Source: Prorocentrum cordatum (lineage: Eukaryota). Taken from it: a stretch of 54,189 nucleotides of DNA. Below, in pieces: positions 48,990 to 54,189 of this stretch (position 1 is its first letter; the number at the start of each line of letters is the position of its first letter). A model generated the notes under the pieces. It made no database searches and was not told the DNA's origin. It saw only the letters and a list, made by a program, of their open reading frames with translations. Location of the stretch: assembly GCA_963575745.1 (NCBI GenBank), contig CAUYUJ010000260.1, positions 62,001-116,189 of the forward strand. The letters run 5' to 3'. The position numbers were made by a program, and so were the translations under genes.

Positions 48990-50160
48990 TCAGTGACGAT
49001 GTGCCAACATTAGCCAGCAAGGGTGTACCAGCTTGTTCATCTCGACGCACTGTCTGGTACTCCTCGTCAGTACTGGCGCGCGCCCGCTTGGTATGTTGGT
49101 GCTGGAGCTACCGGGTGCGCTTGTTAGAAGCGCTTGTCGGGGATGGTAGCCCGTGGTCGATGTAGTACCGTGCATATTAGGATTGCCGTCGGAGTCCTGG
49201 AGGTCCACGAAGTATTTGGTACCGCCTGGGATGGTCAGTTGGTCGTGAAATATGAGTTCGCTGTCCAGATCTCGATCGTCGCAGTTGCATTTCATGTAGT
49301 GCACCATTCTTTGCGTATACTGGTCGGGCACCCAATCGTAATGTTGCCCGTACAGTGTGGCCGCAATGGCCCTCAAGTCCACCAGTAATAGGGGACCTGT
49401 GTCAATCCCGAGCGTGACGACGCAGTCGTCCGTGTCTGGGTCGCAGGGCATGCAGTAATGGAGCCGCACAGCCGAGTCAAAAGGCTGGCTCTTCTCTTAA
49501 GTAGGATGTAGTTCTTGGTCGCATGCTAGTATCTGTCTCTCGTAGTGTACTGGAGCATTTCTCCGTGCTGTGGCCCCTCTGGACGGTCGTCTGTAGTAAC
49601 GTCGTATGGGCTTCCATAACTTGGCCTGGTATACGTTGATACGCCTGTTGTGCAGGTCCTTGGAAGTAGTAGCGTAAGGCCGACTTCGTACCACTCATCA
49701 CAAAGTATTGCGTGTCGTCTTCGCCCACGGTGACCTTCGTAGACAGTTGTGTGCATGTGTTCTGGTATAGGAGGTCACGCAGCCATACCCAGCCTCCATA
49801 AACAATTGTATCACATGTGCGCTGATAGTTCCCATTGGTCATTTTTTACGTCCTAAGTAAAGGCTCACGTGGCCTTTGTGAGCCAATATCTGCATGAGGT
49901 AACCTGTGTGTACCTCTGCAAACCCTGATGTCATGATCATGGAGTGTCTGGTATCGAAGCTGTCCGCAGGTGGGAGGACGTTTGTCCTGTGGTGTCCTCA
50001 TAAATGTTGTCGGCGTATTTGTATACCACGTGTCTGCTTGGGCGGGGAGGTCGGCTTCCTCTTTTTCCTGCAGTGGCAAGGTAACCTACTGTGGTAATCG
50101 ATACTGCGGGGAGTGATTTCATGTACGATAGATGAGGCTGAGGAGTAGGATGATGACGCA
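48990..50160 (-). pseudogene. Unidentified interrupted coding-like sequence
   Basis: Non-repetitive, lower-GC island with consecutive minus-strand ORFs of 77, 121 and 159 aa; no family recognised. Confidence 0.3.
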
Positions 50161-51669
50161 TTTGTTCCGGGAAATGGCTCCGTCCCAGGGTTCCCTTTTA
50201 GTAGGTAAACCTGTCCCCGGTGCCATGCGGGAGGTGGGCCGGCGGAATTATTTCCTGATAATTTTCGAGGTCGAGGTGGGCCGGCGGAATTAATTGGGAG
50301 GATGTCTCGAGCGAAACGCTTGTTTTTCAGAATTTGTTGAGGATGTCTCGAGCGAAACGCTGGTTTTGCAGAGTTGGGGATGTCTCGAGCGAAACGCTTG
50401 TTTTCAGAATTCGTTGAGGATTTCTCGAGCGAAACGGTGGTTTTGCAAAGCCGACCGCGACGCGGAAATGTGTTACAGTGGGTCGATCATGTTTTTCCCA
50501 GATTTCCTTTCATTTTGCCAGGATGTCTCGAGCGAAACGCTTGTGTTTCCATCATTTGTTGAGGATGTCTCGAGCGAAACGCTGGTTTTGCAAAATTGGG
50601 GGATGTCTCGAGCGGGGGCCTCGTGGGGGGCCAGATTCAGAGGATGTCTCAAGCGAAATGGTTGTTTTCACGTCCCGCGCGCAGGAATTTCGAGGATGTC
50701 TCGCGCGTGCCACGTCCCGCGCGCATGAATTTTGAAGATGTCTTGACACATTCGCTTGTTGTTCCAGGAAATCCTTAGATTTTGGTAGGATGTCTCGAGC
50801 GAAACGCTTGTCCCCAGCACGTTGCGTAGAGCGTCCCCTTGGCACGTCCCGTGGTGCGTCCCCTGGCACGTCGCTTGGCGCGTCCCTTGAGACGTTCCGC
50901 GGCGCGTCCTCCTGGCATGTTCCCCTGTCAATTAGCTATGGGGCAGCTACTATGTGTTCAGGCAGCTCGAGTTTAAGGTCCAGATCAGTTCGGTCAGGAC
51001 TCGGATGCAAAGGAGGACTCGATCCACGACGCTATAGAGCACAATCGCGGCATGGCACATCGCAATTCAGCACGGCGCAGCACAGCACAGATTTCGGCAC
51101 GGTACATCAAGATCGATACATTCAGCATTGCAATTTGGCACGTTCTTTAGCACGTTTCGTGGGGCGTCCCTTGGCGAGTCCCCCTGGCACGTCGCGTGGC
51201 GCGTCCCCTGGCACATCTCGTGGCACATCCCGTTGCACATCCATTGGCACGTTCCGTAGCGCGTCCCCTTGGCACGTCCCGCGGTGTGACCCCATGGCAC
51301 GTCCCTTGGCTTGTCGCCTGGCGCGTCCCTTGAGACGTTTCGCGTCGCGTCCTCCTGGCATGATCCCCTGTCAATTAGCTCTGGGGCAGCTACTATGTGT
51401 TCAGGCAGCTCGAGCTTAAGATCCAGATCAGTTCGGTCAGGACTCGGATGCAAAGTAGGACTCGATCCACGACGCTATAGAGCACAATCGCGGCATGGCA
51501 CATCGCAGTTCAGCACGGTGCAGTACAGCACAGCCCTCGGCAGGGTACATCAAGACCGATACACTCAATATTGCATTTGCCCGTCACCCAATCAGGTGTC
51601 TTTGAAAACGTTGCCATGCGTTACAGCTCTATATTCCTTTCCGGGTTCGTGGGTCGATCATGTTTTTTT
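50161..51669 (+). mobile_element. Helentron/DINE-like element, copy 3
   Basis: Same head (CCAGGGTTC..TAGTAGG..GGCCGGCG..AATTA) and tail (CCTTTCCGGGTTCGTGGGTCGATCATG-Tn); 41-bp array plus ~440-bp higher-order repeat. Confidence 0.7.
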
Positions 51670-52279
51670 GCCCGAGAGCACGTAGTGATTAGTTATCGTG
51701 CGGGTCTTTCGCAGTGTACGGCGGCATCACTTGGGGCTTGTAGTCGCCCTGGCGGCAAGAGTACTCGTAGTACCGCTCATTTTGTTCTTCTTGTAGCGCT
51801 TGGCGGTAACCTCGGAGTTGAGTTCGTTCTTCGTGCTCACTCCTTCCTCCTCCCCCTGCCCTCCGCATCCTCCTTCTGCCACGTCCCTCTCCCTCCCTCC
51901 TTCCCTCCTCCCTCCCTCCCTGCTGCCCTTCTGCCTTTGCCTTCTCCTTCTCCTTCTCCTGCGTTTCTGACTCCAGCAACGCGTGGCATGCCGCAGGTGT
52001 CGTCGCGGAGGGCCCAGTTGCCGACCTAGCTGGCCCCTCGGTGGTGCCGGCGCTGCAGTGCCCGACGCTGCAGTGCCCGTGCCCGACGCTGCAGTGGCCC
52101 CGTAGCCGTCGAAGCCGACGCTGCAGTGCCCGAGCTCGACGCGGTTCCCGACGCTGTCCTCGACGCAAGGCTCGCCTCCTGGCGTGGGCCATTCCCAGTT
52201 GGACGACGACCTAGTGCCCCCGCTTCCTGTGCCAGCACCCTCGTCGTTGGCTCTCACAGCCCAAGGGGCTGTAAAAATC

Positions 52280-53030
52280 AAACGCTGTTAGCAACATTGC
52301 GAGCCAGGAGCGAGTCGAACACGCGATCCTCGCGAAGAGCAGGCGCCGCGAAACCCAAGATCCCGTTCCACCCACCGCCCTTCAGGTTTGCTCTCCCAGA
52401 GACCAACCAAGTCAGCCATGCCGACCCGTTGGCGTGCCAGAACTCTACCTTGGCTCTTCGCGGTGGCTAAATATACGTGATCTCTCGGCGGCGTGCTCGG
52501 CCAGCAATTTGGCGACCGCCTCGGAGGTGTCTCCTTCCATGGACATGCCTCTCTTGAGCGCGGCCTGGAACTCGGGGTCTTTGAAGTTGTCCACGCACAT
52601 TGGCGCGGGCGTGCAATCCTGAGGACGCTGGCCCACGTTCACCAGGAGGCTGCCCGGCAGGAGGAGCTTCACGAGCAGCAATTACAAGCGTCTGAAGACG
52701 CTCGAGCGTCGCCAAGGCCTCCTTCGCTTCCTGTCCTCTCGAGCGCCGTGCTGTCGAGCGCCGCCGAGGCGAGCCTGGTCACGGTACTGCTGGCGTCCTG
52801 CGAGCGGGCCCGGCTGCAGACCTCCTCGTCCTCGGCCAGCCTTGCGCGGGGCGTCGTCAAGGCCCCGCTGCGATGCGGACTCCTGAACCAGGGCATCACG
52901 CTGCTTCGCAGACTCTGGCAGAGCAGCGGCAGACCGATCAACCACTTCGCCGCCAGATCCCGCCTCGCCGCCGAGCGGTGGGACCGCCGACGGCGGGTTC
53001 TATCGGACACCTCGCGCGTCCGAGCCTCAG
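52280..53030 (-). pseudogene. Fragment of a second LINE: ORF1 C-terminus and start of APE
   Basis: Frameshifted EAKEALATLERLQ...PMCVDNFKDPEFQAALKR...EHAAERSR, then VEFWHANGSAWLT...LKGGGWNG..AAPA (APE N-terminal AN motif and GW..PA). Confidence 0.55.
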
Positions 53031-53350
53031 ATGGGGCCGCCCTCCGAGGCCCTGCTCCTCGAGGCCCTCTTCCCGAGGCCTTTTTGTTCCAATGTTTTTT
53101 TTTTCCTCGGGGCCCTCTTCCTTGAGGAGGAGGAGGAGGAGGAGGAGGAGGAGGAGGGAGGAGGAGGAGGAGGATGGGGCCCTTCTCCTGGCGGCGTTTT
53201 TCCCTGGGGGGCGAGCGCCGTCTCCCCGAGGCCCTTCCTTCTCCTCGAGGAGTGCGAGCACTTCCTGGCAGAGCGGCCCTCTCCTCCTCCTCCTCTCCCT
53301 CCTCCTCCTGCTCCTCCTCCTCCTTCCTCCTCCTCCTCCTCCTCCTCCTC

Positions 53351-53381
<31 letters not shown>

Positions 53382-53548
53382 TCTACTCTATCTCGCCCCC
53401 CCACGAAGGGGGAAGGTCGAGTGAGCCTCCCAGATGGGGTGAGTGTGATGGCCCCAGGGGAGCGCTCCCGCGCCGCCCCCGGCGGGCTGCGGCTGCTGTG
53501 CGGGCGGGCCGACGGCACGCTGGCCTCCCTGGCTGCCCTGAGGCTGAA

Positions 53549-53727
53549 TTCACGGGCGAAGAACGTTACACAATAAACTTTTTCGCCGTCGGGGGCGCCT
53601 GCCCCTGGGCGGCTGGAAAGTTGATACCCTGACGGTGGCACCGCAGGGGTATAAACTTTCCAGCCGCCCAGGGGCAGGCGCCCCCGACGGCGAAGAAGTT
53701 TATGTTATACCGTTCTTCGCCCGTGAA
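53549..53727. mobile_element. Whole-length hairpin MITE (179 bp, TT..AA, 5-bp TSD)
   Basis: ~83-bp near-perfect inverted arms; TSD CTGAA at 53544-53548 and 53728-53732. Confidence 0.93.
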
Positions 53728-53733
53728 CTGAAG

Positions 53734-54111
53734 GGCGGCGGTCAGCTTGGACTGGTCGTTGGGCGCGCGGGGGCCTCCCGCCGTGCCTTGGACCTCGTCA
53801 GCTGCCGCCCTCGCCGCCGGCGCGGCTTTGCTCGGCGCCGAACCGTTGCGCTGCCTGCGCGTGAGCCTGCTGGCCCAGTTGCGTCGTGCACCCCGCACTT
53901 CCTGCACCGACCCCCAGCAGGGCTGGCGTGGCCCAGGGAGCGCGCCGCCCCCCATCGATCTGAAGTCCGCGCACCCCGATTGGCTCGCGCCCGCCCGCCT
54001 CTCCGAAGTGCGTGGAGATGCAAAGTCGAGCGCCGCCCGACCTGGCTCGAGCCGAAACGGCCAGGAGGAGGCGGAGGAGGATGGGCAGGCGGAGGAGCGG
54101 CCCGAGCCGAG
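53734..54111 (+). CDS. Candidate exon region ending at an AG|GTGAG donor
   Basis: Open frame AAVSLDWSLG...RPEP; consensus-like donor at 54112; upstream coding-like LRLLCGRADGTLASL at ~53487-53542. Confidence 0.3.
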
Positions 54112-54189
54112 GTGAGTTGGGGGAGGAGGAGGTGGAGGAGGAGCAGGAGGGGGAGGCGGGGGAGGAGGAGGCGGGGGAGGAGGAGGAGG

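Noticed and set aside
52450..52619. Minus-strand host exon with an AAG|GT donor
   Set aside because: The sequence past the putative donor encodes an APE-like start, so a LINE ORF1/ORF2 junction is the better reading; not fully excluded.
1..54189. rRNA, tRNA, autonomous transposase or Rep/helicase genes
   Set aside because: None recognised by eye; a covariance-model and HMM scan would be needed to exclude them.

Overview
This is GC-rich, repeat-saturated eukaryotic DNA with one 100-N gap (17682-17781). A dinoflagellate, possibly Prorocentrum-like, is my inference from a relic spliced-leader motif, AG|G-type exon candidates with GC donors, and the repeat landscape. No complete host gene, RNA gene or CRISPR array can be supported, and nearly all long ORFs in the track are artefacts of microsatellites or high GC. 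The supportable content is: (1) many ~160-210 bp non-autonomous elements from sequence-unrelated families that share 5-bp target-site duplications (TSDs) and T..A termini (TCGGG..CCCGA, TCA..TCA, TG..CA, TT..AA), with copies of each family in one orientation; (2) Tc1/mariner-type and hAT-type MITEs; (3) three Helentron/DINE-like elements with asymmetric sub-terminal inverted repeats and different satellite cargo; (4) a 1.1-kb foldback-like element built from inverted 18-bp arrays; (5) a decayed ~7.6-kb LINE (ORF1, APE, RT, RNase H) with a tandem spliced-leader relic at its 5' end, plus other LINE fragments; (6) large (GAT)n and (CCT/GGA)n tracts and minisatellites; (7) a few short exon-like islands on the + strand. 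All protein calls are by-eye motif recognition, not database or HMM results.
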